Below, in pieces: positions 35,350-45,533 of a stretch of DNA of 64,000 bases. Source of the stretch: Actinomycetes bacterium (GTDB taxonomy: Bacteria > Actinomycetota > UBA4738 > HRBIN12). The first letter of the stretch is position 1; each line of letters opens with the position of its first letter. The stretch spans positions 947 to 64,946 of the forward strand of contig JAJNBA010000012.1 of NCBI GenBank assembly GCA_021155985.1, in the 5' to 3' direction. A model generated the notes under the pieces. That model worked only from the letters and a program-made list of their open reading frames with translations, ran no database searches and had not been told where the DNA came from. Position numbers and translations under genes: made by a program.

Positions 35350-36449
35350 GCCGAGGTCCCCTCGATCACGAGGTCACCGACCTCGCCCGTGGAGAACCCC
35401 ATCTCCCCCGCGCGCATCGACGTCATCTTGGAGACGGCGAACCGGATCCCGCGGTCGACACGGTCGGCCGCGGCATCCTGTCCCAGCTCATGGAGCAACA
35501 GCATCAGGGCGCCGATCGCGGCCAACGGGTTGATCGTCTTGCGGCCCGTCTCGGACGGTGCGGTGCCGCCGATCGGCTCGAACATCGAGATCCCCTGCGG
35601 ATTGATGTTGCCGCCGGCGGCGATCCCGAGCCCGCCCTGGATCACGGCGCCGAGGTCGGTGACGATGTCACCGAACATGTTGTCGGTGACGATCACGTCG
35701 AACCGCGACGGATCCTCGATCAGGTAGAGACACGCGGCGTCGACGTGGGCGTAGTCCGTCTCGACGTCCGGGAACGCCGACGCCATCTCGTCCACGACTC
35801 GCTGATACAGATCGCCGGCGTAGGTGAGCACGTTCGTCTTGTGCACCAGCGTGACCTTCCGACGACGGCCGGGACGCATCGCGAGATCGAACGCGTACCA
35901 CACGAGCCGCTCCACGCCGTGATGCGTGTTGATCGACTCCTGCACGGCGACCTCCTGCGGCGTGCCCTTCCGGTGGAACCCGCCGCCGCCCGTGTACAGA
36001 CCCTCCGAGTTCTCGCGGACCACCACCATGTCGACGTCGGTGTCGGCGTGATGCGGGACGAGGGTCTTCACGCCCGGGTACCGCACGATCGGACGGAGGT
36101 TCACGTATTGGTCCAGCTCGAAACGGATCCGCAAGAGGAGCTCCCGCTCGAGGACCCCCGGCGGGACCCGGGGATCACCCACCGCTCCGAGGAGGATCGC
36201 GTCGCACCCGGCGAGACGGACGAGTTCCTCGTCGGGCAGGGTCTCGCCGGTGCGCAGGTACCGCTCGGCCCCGAGGTCGAAATGCTCGAGCTCGACCTCG
36301 AAACCTTCGCGGACGGTGTCCAGCACCCTGAGCGCTTCGCCGACGACCTCCGGGCCGGTCCCGTCGCCGGGGATCACACCGATCCGGTAAGGACGGCCGC
36401 CGGCGCCGAGTCGCCGCGGCCGCGTCTCGGTGGCGACCGCGGCGCTCAC
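35346..36449 (-). CDS. leuB: 3-isopropylmalate dehydrogenase
   Basis: IGVIPGDGTGPEV...VRENSEGLYTG...VHKTNVL...TDNMFGDIVTDLGA. It shares 4-nt overlaps with leuA and cimA. Confidence 0.9.
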   Translation of the reverse strand: MSAAVATETRPRRLGAGGRPYRIGVIPGDGTGPEVVGEALRVLDTVREGFEVELEHFDLGAERYLRTGETLPDEELVRLAGCDAILLGAVGDPRVPPGVLERELLLRIRFELDQYVNLRPIVRYPGVKTLVPHHADTDVDMVVVRENSEGLYTGGGGFHRKGTPQEVAVQESINTHHGVERLVWYAFDLAMRPGRRRKVTLVHKTNVLTYAGDLYQRVVDEMASAFPDVETDYAHVDAACLYLIEDPSRFDVIVTDNMFGDIVTDLGAVIQGGLGIAAGGNINPQGISMFEPIGGTAPSETGRKTINPLAAIGALMLLLHELGQDAAADRVDRGIRFAVSKMTSMRAGEMGFSTGEVGDLVIEGTSA

Positions 36450-38016
36450 GGCGTCACCTCGTTCCTGGCCGCCTCGGCCGGCGTTTCGATGGCCCTGGCC
36501 GAGTCCGGCTCCGCGACCGAAGCCGCGCGGTTGATCGCGGCGAGGTAGGCCCTTGCGCTCGCCTCCACGACGTCGGTGGCGACGCCGCGGCCCGTGACCC
36601 GCCGCCCGTCGATCTCCAGCTGGACGACGACGTCTCCTAAGGCGTCCGAGCCACCCGTGACCGACGACACGTTGAACGTGATCAGCGTCGCCTCCACGCC
36701 CGCCGCGCGCTGGATCGCGCCGCAGGCGGCGTCGATCATCCCGTCGCCCATCGCGGATTCCTCGATCACCTCGTCACCGCGGCGAAGCCTCACGGTCGCC
36801 GTCGGCGCCAGGTGCGTGCCACCTCCGGAGGCCAGGGACTCGAGGACGAGAAGATCCTCCTTCCCGCTGCCGACCTCCTCGGACACGATCGCCGCGAGAT
36901 CCTGGTCGGTGATCTGGATCTTGCGGTCGGCGAGCTCCTTGAAGCGAGCGAACGCCCGATGCATGTGGTCGTCGTCGATCGAGATGCCAACCTTGTCGAG
37001 CGCGTCCGCGAACGCATGCCGGCCGGAATGCTTCCCCAAGACGATCTGATTGCCCTCGAGCCCGATCTCGACCGGATCCATGATCTCGTAGGTGGCCCGG
37101 TTCGCGAGCACGCCGTGCTGGTGGATGCCGCTCTCGTGCGCGAACGCGCTCGCCCCCACGACCGCCTTGTTCGGCTGCACCGAGTACCCGGTGAGCGCCG
37201 AGACGAGTCGCGATGTCCGCACGATCTCCTTCAGGTTCAGCCCGTGGCCCACGCCGAGCGCCTCCCGGCGCGTGCGCAGGATCATCGCCATCTCCTCGAG
37301 CGAGCAGTTCCCCGCGCGCTCGCCGATCCCGTTCACGGCGACCTCCACCTGGCGCGCACCGTGCTCCACGCCGGCGAGCGAGTTCGCGACCGCGAGCCCC
37401 AGGTCGTTGTGGCAGTGGGTGGAGATCGTCACGTGCTCCGAGGTCCGATCCCGCACGATCCGCACCAGCTCGCCGAACTCCGCGGGCGTGGCGTACCCGA
37501 CCGTGTCGGGGACGTTGATGGTCGTCGCCCCGGCCTTCACCGCGACGTCGAAGCACTCGAGGAGGAAGTCCAGCTCCGTCCGGGTGGCGTCCTGCGCGCT
37601 GAACTCCACGTCGTCGGTGTAGCCGGCCGCGAGCTTCACCCCCTCCCCGATCCCGTCGAGGACCTGCCGATGGGACATCCGGAGCATGTCCTCCATGTGG
37701 ATCTGCGACGTCGAGATGAACACGTGGATCCGGGACCGGTCGGCGCCCTTCAACGCCTCGGCGGCGCGCTCGATGTCGCCGGGAACCACGCGAGCGAGTG
37801 ACGCGATCACCGGGCCCTTCACGCTCGTCGCGATCTCGCGAACGGCGTCGAACTCCCCGTCGGAGGAGATCGCGAAGCCCGCCTCCAGGATGTCCACCTG
37901 CAGCCTGGCGAGCTGCTCAGCGATCTCGACCTTCTCGTCCTTCGTCAGGGCGATGCCGGGGGCCTGCTCGCCGTCGCGGAGGGTGGTGTCGAAGAACCGG
38001 ACTACGTCGGGGTCGC

Positions 38017-38020
<4 letters not shown>
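36446..38020 (-). CDS. leuA: 2-isopropylmalate synthase
   Basis: [19 protein letters not shown]...[18 protein letters not shown]...[12 protein letters not shown] 38020 overlaps the ilvC stop (GTGA), so the track start at 38161 is rejected. Confidence 0.9.
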
Positions 38021-39030
<1,010 letters not shown>

Positions 39031-39039
39031 CGTTGCCCC

Positions 39040-39603
39040 CTAGACCCCGCCGCCGGTCCACTCCGGCGAGTCCTCCGCACCTACGGCCCTCGCGACCCGC
39101 AGACCGCCCTTCTCCCTGATCCCCCGATCGCCGCGCGCGAGCGCGATCCGCCCGGTCCGCGAGAGCTCCACGATCCCGAACTCGGACAACAGCTCGCGGA
39201 GCGCCTCGAGCTTCTCCGGCTTGCCGGAGGCCTCGACGGTGAGCGTCGTCTTCGTCACGTCGACGATGCTCACGCGGAACACCTCGGCGATCTCCATGAC
39301 CCTCGCCCGCGCGTCACCCTTCGCCCGCACCTTGGCGAGCATCAGCTCCCGCTCCACGGCCGTGCCGGGCTCGTGCTCGAGGATCTTGATCACGTTGATC
39401 AGCTTGTTCAGCTGCTTCGTCACCTGCTCCAGCGACTTCGACTCGACGTGCACGACGATCGTCATCCGCGAGAGGCCCTCGGCCTCCGTGGGTCCGACAG
39501 CGAGCGAGTCGATGTTGTAGCCACGCGCGGAGAAGAGCCCGGCGACGCGCGTCAGGACGCCGGGCTTGTCCTCCACGAGGACGGAGATCGTGTGCAGACT
39601 CAT
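39040..39603 (-). CDS. ilvN: acetolactate synthase small (regulatory) subunit
   Basis: [40 protein letters not shown]. Its ATG overlaps the ilvB stop (ATGA). Confidence 0.9.
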   Translation of the reverse strand: MSLHTISVLVEDKPGVLTRVAGLFSARGYNIDSLAVGPTEAEGLSRMTIVVHVESKSLEQVTKQLNKLINVIKILEHEPGTAVERELMLAKVRAKGDARARVMEIAEVFRVSIVDVTKTTLTVEASGKPEKLEALRELLSEFGIVELSRTGRIALARGDRGIREKGGLRVARAVGAEDSPEWTGGGV

Positions 39604-41345
39604 GCGATCGGTGCCTCCGCCGGGTCGTCCTGCGGCTGCAGGCCCTCGGGCCCCGTGATGATGTCGTCGTTCGACGCACCGGCCGGGACCATCGGGAAGC
39701 ACATCTCGTTCGCGTCGCAGCGGAAGTCGATCACCACGCTCCGGTCGTCGACCGACAGCGCCTTCTCGATCACCGCGTCGACCTCCTCGGGCCGCTCGGC
39801 GCGCAGACCGACGGCGCCATACGCCTCGGCCAGCTTCACGTAGTCGGGCACGTCATAGCTCAGGTACACCTGCGAGTAGCGCTCCTCGTAGAAGAGCTCC
39901 TGCCACTGCCGCACCATGCCCAGGTAGGCGTTGTTGATGATCGCGGTGACGAACGGGATCTTCTCCGTCGTCGACGTTGCGAGCTCCTGCGAGGTCATCT
40001 GGAAGCAGCCGTCGCCGTCGATCGCGATCACGCGCCGGTCTGGCTGTCCGGCTGCCGCGCCGAGCGCCGCCGGCACCGCGAAGCCCATCGTGCCGAGGCC
40101 GCCCGAGTTGATCCACGTGCGTGGCTTCTCGAAGGACCAGAACTGCGATGCCCACATCTGGTGCTGACCCACCCCGGCCACGACGATCGTGTCGCCGTCG
40201 CTGTGCGCGCGGAGGCGCTCGATCGCATACTGCGGCTTCAGCGGTCCGTCCGGTTCCTGGTCGTAGCGGAGCGGCTGCTCGGCCCGCCACGCCGCGAGCT
40301 GCTCGAGCCACGGGCTCCTGTCCGGGATGCCGGCCTCGTCCTGACGGCGCGTGAGCTCCGCGACGAGCTTCGCCGTCACGTCCTTGCAGTCCCCCACGAT
40401 CGGGACGTCGGCTCTGCGGTTCTTGCCGATCTCCGCGGGATCGATGTCGATGTGCACGATCTTCGCGTTGGGCGCGAACGTGGCGAGCTTGCCGGTCACT
40501 CGGTCGTCGAACCGAGCCCCGACCGCGACGAGTAGGTCCGCCTTCTGCATCGCGGTCACCGCCGTGTAGACGCCGTGCATCCCCGGCATCCCGAGGCACA
40601 GCTCGTGGGCGTCCGGGAACGCGCCGCGCGCCATCAGCGTCGTGACGACCGGCAGGTGTCCAACGGTCGCGAGCTCGTACAGCTCCTCGGTGGCCTCCGC
40701 CTTGATCACGCCGCCGCCGACGTAGAGGACCGGTCGCTTCGCCTCGAGGATCAGCTTCGCGGCCTCCACCACCTGGCGCATGTTGCCCTTGATGGTGGGC
40801 CGGTAGCCCGGCAGATCGACCTGGTCCGGCCAGCTCCAGGTCGTCTCGTTCACCAGCACGTCCTTCGGGAGGTCGACGAGGACCGGACCGGGCCGGCCGG
40901 TGCGGGCGATGTGGAACGCCTCGCGGATCGTCTCGGCCACCTCGCCGGGATCGGTGACGAGGAAGTTGTGCTTCGTGACCGGCATCGTGATGCCGGTGAT
41001 GTCCGCCTCCTGGAAGGCGTCGTTGCCGACGGCCGGCGTGGGGACCTGTCCGGTGATCGCGACGATCGGGACGGAGTCCATCTTCGCGTCGGCGAGCGCG
41101 GTGACGAGGTTGCAGCCGCCCGGGCCCGACGTGGCGATCGCGACGCCGACCTTCCCGGTGGCCCAGGCGTAGCCCTCCGCGGCGTGCCCGGCCCCTTGCT
41201 CGTGCCGGCACAGCACATGGCGGACACCCGACTCGATCAGCGGGTCGTAGGCCGGCAGGATCGCGCCGCCCGGGATCCCGAAGGCGATATCGACGCCCTC
41301 GCCCTCGAGGGCCTTGAACAGCGCCTGGGCGCCGCTGACCTTCAT
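39600..41345 (-). CDS. ilvB: acetolactate synthase large subunit (ThDP/FAD)
   Basis: [31 protein letters not shown]...[16 protein letters not shown]...DGDGCFQM. I take ATG 41345 as the start; the track start at 41447 is rejected. Confidence 0.95.
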   Translation of the reverse strand: MKVSGAQALFKALEGEGVDIAFGIPGGAILPAYDPLIESGVRHVLCRHEQGAGHAAEGYAWATGKVGVAIATSGPGGCNLVTALADAKMDSVPIVAITGQVPTPAVGNDAFQEADITGITMPVTKHNFLVTDPGEVAETIREAFHIARTGRPGPVLVDLPKDVLVNETTWSWPDQVDLPGYRPTIKGNMRQVVEAAKLILEAKRPVLYVGGGVIKAEATEELYELATVGHLPVVTTLMARGAFPDAHELCLGMPGMHGVYTAVTAMQKADLLVAVGARFDDRVTGKLATFAPNAKIVHIDIDPAEIGKNRRADVPIVGDCKDVTAKLVAELTRRQDEAGIPDRSPWLEQLAAWRAEQPLRYDQEPDGPLKPQYAIERLRAHSDGDTIVVAGVGQHQMWASQFWSFEKPRTWINSGGLGTMGFAVPAALGAAAGQPDRRVIAIDGDGCFQMTSQELATSTTEKIPFVTAIINNAYLGMVRQWQELFYEERYSQVYLSYDVPDYVKLAEAYGAVGLRAERPEEVDAVIEKALSVDDRSVVIDFRCDANEMCFPMVPAGASNDDIITGPEGLQPQDDPAEAPIA

Positions 41346-41638
41346 CCCGCGACCGCCTGCCGCTCCTCGACGGGGCCGGTCTCGACCCGCTTCACGGTGG
41401 CGCCCAGGCGACGGGCAAGATTGCGACAGGCACGCTCGAACTCCCACGGGGTCCAGTCGCGGCGCCTGCTCTGCAGCTCCTCCCCGCCGAAGCCGCTCAG
41501 GTAGGTGACCTCGGAGGACAGGTAGCGCTCCACGGTCGTCCTCGTGCTCGGCTCATCGGTCTCGACGGTCACCTGGCCGGGTCCCTCCCACAGCACGCTG
41601 GCAACGGTGGCGCCGTCCTTCTCGAACTCGTAGCGCAT
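41342..41638 (-). CDS. hypothetical 98-aa protein, first cistron of the ilv operon
   Basis: [33 protein letters not shown].... The RBS AAAGGAG lies 6 nt upstream. Its stop overlaps the ilvB ATG (ATGA). Confidence 0.6.
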   Translation of the reverse strand: MRYEFEKDGATVASVLWEGPGQVTVETDEPSTRTTVERYLSSEVTYLSGFGGEELQSRRRDWTPWEFERACRNLARRLGATVKRVETGPVEERQAVAG

Positions 41639-41699
41639 CGGATGCTCCTTTCGTCTTCCTTGGTCGGCTCTGTTCCGTGTTTCGGCTGGTCGTGGGCAG

Positions 41700-41742
41700 A
41701 AAAAAACCCCCGCGTGGCGAGGGTGTCGGCGCGGAACGCGGG
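41700..41742 (-). terminator. attenuator terminator of the ilv leader
   Basis: On the minus strand the sequence is CCCGCGU-(20 nt)-ACGCGGG GG UUUUUUU. An alternative upstream hairpin CGGGC-CUGAGA-GCCCG shares the 5' arm. Confidence 0.6.
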
Positions 41743-41761
41743 CTCTCAGGCCCGGCCGCGC

Positions 41762-41812
41762 CTAGCGGATAAGTACGAGGACGGTGCTCGGCGTGGTCCT
41801 CGCGCTCTTCAT
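41762..41812 (-). CDS. ilv/leu leader peptide (16 aa) MKSARTTPSTVLVLIR
   Basis: ATG AAG AGC GCG AGG ACC ACG CCG AGC ACC GTC CTC GTA CTT ATC CGC TAG. It has five consecutive Val/Leu/Ile codons, including GTA and CTT, which should be rare at this GC content. It lies 20 nt upstream of the attenuator structures. Confidence 0.55.
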   Translation of the reverse strand: MKSARTTPSTVLVLIR

Positions 41813-41902
41813 GGTCGGGTCAGTGTCGGCGCTGGGCCGGGGAGTGTCAACCCCCGGACGGCCGATGGCATCCGCGCTGGGGGGACCAGATACGATCACC
41901 CC

Positions 41903-42136
41903 ATGGACCCGCTCTCCGACGAGGGGTCGCCCCCCGTCCCCCACGTCCATCCCCTCGAGATCCCGTTCGTGTGGTTCGGGCTTCAGTTGATCGAGTACGC
42001 GATCGTCTGGCTTTTGATCACGACCTTCCTCCCGGAAGGGGTGCCTGGACCGATCGGCTGGGCGCTCTTCCTCGTGCTCATGATCGGTCTCACGATCCTC
42101 AACTACAGGATCCGACGCCGGTTCATCCCTCGGTAG
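41903..42136 (+). CDS. small two-helix membrane protein (77 aa)
   Basis: MDPLSDEGSPPVPHVHPLEIPFVWFGLQLIEYAIVWLLITTF...IGWALFLVLMIGLTILNY. It is the tail of ORF 41642..42136. Confidence 0.5.
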   Translation: MDPLSDEGSPPVPHVHPLEIPFVWFGLQLIEYAIVWLLITTFLPEGVPGPIGWALFLVLMIGLTILNYRIRRRFIPR

Positions 42137-42470
42137 AGGATCGGATCACGCCGAGGACCCGCTGCGTTCCAGCTCGACTTCGGTCTCCTCCACCACGCGC
42201 TCCACGACCTCTCCGGGAAGATCCTCCTGCTCTCGCTTCTCGCCTCCATGGCCTGCTCACCTCCACCCGAGCGGCCTGCCACGCGGACCAGTGGCCGGAG
42301 ACCAAGGCCCAGAGCGAGAGGGCTGCGACGTAGGTCACGCTGCTGATCCAGCCGGTCACGATCGATACCGGGATCATGACGATCCAGAAGATCCTGAGCC
42401 AGCCATTCACACGGCGCATGAACACGGGATCACCTTGGACGCTCGCCCACAGAGACTTGACCACGCTCAT
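42123..42470 (-). CDS. small membrane protein downstream of the KaiC homolog
   Basis: MSVVKSLWASVQGDPVFMRRVNGWLRIFWIVMIPVSIVTGWISSVTYVAALSLWALVSGHW..., with an Arg/Gly-rich tail of uncertain reality. Confidence 0.5.
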   Translation of the reverse strand: MSVVKSLWASVQGDPVFMRRVNGWLRIFWIVMIPVSIVTGWISSVTYVAALSLWALVSGHWSAWQAARVEVSRPWRREARAGGSSRRGRGARGGGDRSRAGTQRVLGVIRSSTEG

Positions 42471-42531
42471 CGGCGGACACATACCCTTCGCCAGGAACTC
42501 TCACGCCTTGAAGTGGCGACCGAACCGCCGC

Positions 42532-43926
42532 TCACGCGAGATCCTGGTCAGCGGCGAAGTGCTCCCCGACCACGAACCCATCTCCGGTGATCTCGAATTC
42601 TCGGATCTGCGGATCGTGTGCGCTCGCCCTCGTCTTCATCACGGTGATCCCCCGTTTGATACGAGAGTCCCTTCGGAGGAACTGCAGCAGCACGACGTTG
42701 TCCGAGATGTGAGAGATCCCGAATTCGGACAGGCGCGTGATGCCGAAGAGCTCGCCAACCTCCTGCGTCATCATCACGCTGATCCCCTGACGGGAGCATC
42801 GCTGCAGGAGCGAGTACACGTACTCGCGGAAGCGAGTCTCATCGGTGGAGGCGACCTTCAGATCGCCGAGACTGTCGATCACGATGCGGCGCGCACCCGT
42901 TGCTTCGACCGTTTCCAGGAGGTCATGCACCCATTCGTCCAAGTACAGATCGACGGGCGTGCGATACATGAGCTCGACGCCCTCCTCATCGAGAGACCAG
43001 CCGAATCCGTTGACGATCCGTTCGAGTTGGGCGGCGTTCTCCTGGAGTGTGGCGATCACACCCGGTTCGCCCTGCCGAGCCCCTTCGAAGATGAAGTGCA
43101 AGCCCATGAGGGTCTTGCCCGATCCCGACGGACCGGCCACGAGGGTCGAGGCTCCGGGCCAATACCCTCGCCCGAGCATCTCGTCGAGGATCGTGATACC
43201 CGAGGAGATCTTGACGTCGTCCAGCTCATAGGAGACCTGATCGACGGCGTCGGCCAATCGAGGGAAGAACTCGACCCCTTCGCCAGAGAGCCGGTAGGCA
43301 TGCTTGCCGGAGCGGAAGTCGCTCCCGCGGAGCTTGAGCACCTGGAAGACACGGACCTCGCGCTCCCCCTTCCGCTCGGCGGAGAGCGACAGGATCGAGT
43401 CGGCGACCGCGAACTCGGCGGACCTCGCGATCTCGTCGTCGCCGTACTCGCCGACCCAGAACGTCGTCACCGGGAACGCGGACAGTCGACCGGCGAGCTC
43501 ATGGAGGAACCGTCGGAAGTCCTCGTCCCGCCTCGCGTACGGATGCAGCGCCTTGAAGCTGTCGATGACGATCATCCCGGGGCGACGCTCCTTCAGGAAG
43601 CCGCTGACGCTCTCGAGGACTCCCGGAAGGCCTTGGTCGTTCACGGTCCCGCCCAGATCCTCGTAGAAGACCGCGCTGCCGATCGCCCGTGGCTCGAAGA
43701 AGCCCAGCGTCTGGCCGTATCGCAGGATCTTCTCGAGCGGCTCGGAGACCGTGGAGAGATAGATCGCCGGCCGTTCCCGTGTCGCGTTATGGAACGCGTA
43801 CTGCTGAGCGAGGATCGTCTTCCCGGAACCGGGGAGTCCGATGATGAGGTTGATCCCGTTGGCGGGCAGACCGCCGCCCAACATGTCGTTCAGTCGTTCC
43901 GAGCCGCTGGACACCCGGTCGCTCAT
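42532..43926 (-). CDS. kaiC: KaiC-family double RecA-fold ATPase/autokinase homolog
   Basis: There are two Walker A motifs, GLPGSGKT and GPSGSGKT. VIDSF / VIDSL act as Walker B. The C-terminus is GISHISDNVVLLQFLRRDSRIKRGITVMKTRASAHDPQIREFEI. Confidence 0.9.
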   Translation of the reverse strand: MSDRVSSGSERLNDMLGGGLPANGINLIIGLPGSGKTILAQQYAFHNATRERPAIYLSTVSEPLEKILRYGQTLGFFEPRAIGSAVFYEDLGGTVNDQGLPGVLESVSGFLKERRPGMIVIDSFKALHPYARRDEDFRRFLHELAGRLSAFPVTTFWVGEYGDDEIARSAEFAVADSILSLSAERKGEREVRVFQVLKLRGSDFRSGKHAYRLSGEGVEFFPRLADAVDQVSYELDDVKISSGITILDEMLGRGYWPGASTLVAGPSGSGKTLMGLHFIFEGARQGEPGVIATLQENAAQLERIVNGFGWSLDEEGVELMYRTPVDLYLDEWVHDLLETVEATGARRIVIDSLGDLKVASTDETRFREYVYSLLQRCSRQGISVMMTQEVGELFGITRLSEFGISHISDNVVLLQFLRRDSRIKRGITVMKTRASAHDPQIREFEITGDGFVVGEHFAADQDLA

Positions 43927-44573
43927 GACGAGAGCACCTCGGTTCGGAGGAACGCGCTCTGCCCGAGCAGGTCCTTGACGGTCGACACCAGCTGCAGGGG
44001 ATCAAGGGGCTTCTGGAGGAACGCGTCGGCCCCATACTCCAGGGCCTCGTCGCGGGATTCCAGTGGCGATATCGCGAGAACGAGTGCTCCCCGTTCCCGG
44101 AAGGTCCGGCAGAGATCCGGACCCGCACCGCCCGAGATCAGGAGATCGACCACCGCGAGATGAGGGGACCGCTCCTCGAAGACGGCTTCCGCTTCGCGCG
44201 CCTCGAGCGCCATGATCGTCTCGTAGCCCTCGGTCCGCAGGAAGTACTCGGCGAGCTCAGCGGCGTGCGGGTCACGTTCCGCCAGCATGATGACCAGCCG
44301 GGTCTCGGATCCGGTGATCGCGACCTTCGCATCGGGATGGTCGCCCAGACGGTCCTTCAGGAGCCGGTGTGCATCGGCTGGCTGCATGCCCTGCTCGATG
44401 CTCCGGAGGACGAAGCGCAGCTGCTCGACGTGGTCCCGCGTGTACAAGCGATGGCCACCAGGGCTCCGATCGGGCATGACGATGCCGTACCGCTCCTCCC
44501 AGGTGCGCAACGTGGCGGTGGGCACACCGAGCATCTTCGCTACCGCCCCGATGCTGTAGATGGCAGCCGTCAC
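43923..44573 (-). CDS. MerR-type HTH (N-terminal) fused to response-regulator receiver domain (C-terminal)
   Basis: The HTH is YSIGAVAKMLGVPTATLRTWEERYGIVMPDRSPGGHRLYTRDHVEQLRFV. The receiver domain has LAERD, LAVVDLLISGG, LAISPL and FLQKP. The start is GTG 44573, and the stop overlaps the kaiC ATG. Confidence 0.8.
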   Translation of the reverse strand: MTAAIYSIGAVAKMLGVPTATLRTWEERYGIVMPDRSPGGHRLYTRDHVEQLRFVLRSIEQGMQPADAHRLLKDRLGDHPDAKVAITGSETRLVIMLAERDPHAAELAEYFLRTEGYETIMALEAREAEAVFEERSPHLAVVDLLISGGAGPDLCRTFRERGALVLAISPLESRDEALEYGADAFLQKPLDPLQLVSTVKDLLGQSAFLRTEVLSS

Positions 44574-44756
44574 GGACGCGAGCTTAGTCGAATGTGAAGT
44601 AGTTTGCCAGTCGAATCTCCTCAGAACACTTTCAATCTCCCAGCGGAAGACCGGATCATGAGGAACCTTCTCTCCTCCGCCACGTCGCCTTCCAGCTTGA
44701 CCTTCGCACGTATGAAGAGGTAGCCTCTTCAACCCTGAGGCAGGGTCAGGACGCTG

Positions 44757-45533
44757 ATGCAGGAAAGCCAGGGACTCGAGCACCACCCAGCTCGGATCCA
44801 GTCTGGGCGACTCGCTGAGAACAACCGCGGACACGTCGCGGGAACGAGCAACGGGGGATCGAGCAACAACGGTACCGCCGCCGAAGCGAGGTACCGGGCT
44901 CTGTTCGAGAGCGCGCGTGACGCGATCCTCATCGTGGACCGAGAAGGGTTCTGCATCGACGCGAATCCGAGAGCGACCGAGCTCGTCGGGTACGAGCGAC
45001 AGGAGCTGCTTTCGACGACCGTTCTCGATCTGGTCGCTGCCGAACCGGGATGGGCGGATGAGGAATTCCAGCGCTTCATCGATCAAGAGCGTTGGAGCGG
45101 AGAGCTCGAGCTGAGGCGCAAAGATGGATCCCTCGTCCATGTGGACGTGTCCGCAACCCGGGTGGACGTGGGATCCGGCCCGCCCATCTACCTGGCGGCC
45201 ATCCGCGACCTCAGCGACCGGAAGCTGCTCATCGAAGAGGGCGCCGAGCTCGTCCGCGCGGAGGCAGAGGCCCAAGCACAAGCGGAAGCCGCGAGGCAAC
45301 GGGTCCGCTTCGTCTCCGACGTCAGTGAGCTCCTCGCCGTCTCATTCGACTATCCGGCAACCTTCGAGCGTCTGGCCGAGCTGGTGGTACGGGAGATCGC
45401 CGATCTGTGCCTCATCGACCTGGTCCAAGAGTCGGGCACGCTCAAGCGGGTCGCGGCGGTGCATGCGAACCCGACGAAGCAACCCTTGGCGGCATCGCTC
45501 GGTGACTACGCGCCTCGACCTCCATCCCGTTGA
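44757..45533 (+). CDS. PAS domain + N-terminal part of a GAF domain (upstream half of a split PAS-GAF-PP2C gene)
   Basis: The PAS part is YRALFESARDAILIVDREGFCIDANPRATELVGYERQELL. A coiled segment follows, then VRFVSDVSELLAVSFDYPATFERLAELVVREIADLCLIDLV. Confidence 0.7.
   Translation: MQESQGLEHHPARIQSGRLAENNRGHVAGTSNGGSSNNGTAAEARYRALFESARDAILIVDREGFCIDANPRATELVGYERQELLSTTVLDLVAAEPGWADEEFQRFIDQERWSGELELRRKDGSLVHVDVSATRVDVGSGPPIYLAAIRDLSDRKLLIEEGAELVRAEAEAQAQAEAARQRVRFVSDVSELLAVSFDYPATFERLAELVVREIADLCLIDLVQESGTLKRVAAVHANPTKQPLAASLGDYAPRPPSR

Noticed and set aside
42532-43926. Interpreting the KaiC homolog as part of a bona fide circadian oscillator.
   Set aside because: No kaiA or kaiB is present in the window, and single KaiC homologs outside cyanobacteria are generally not known to oscillate. 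Only a switch or timer role is proposed.
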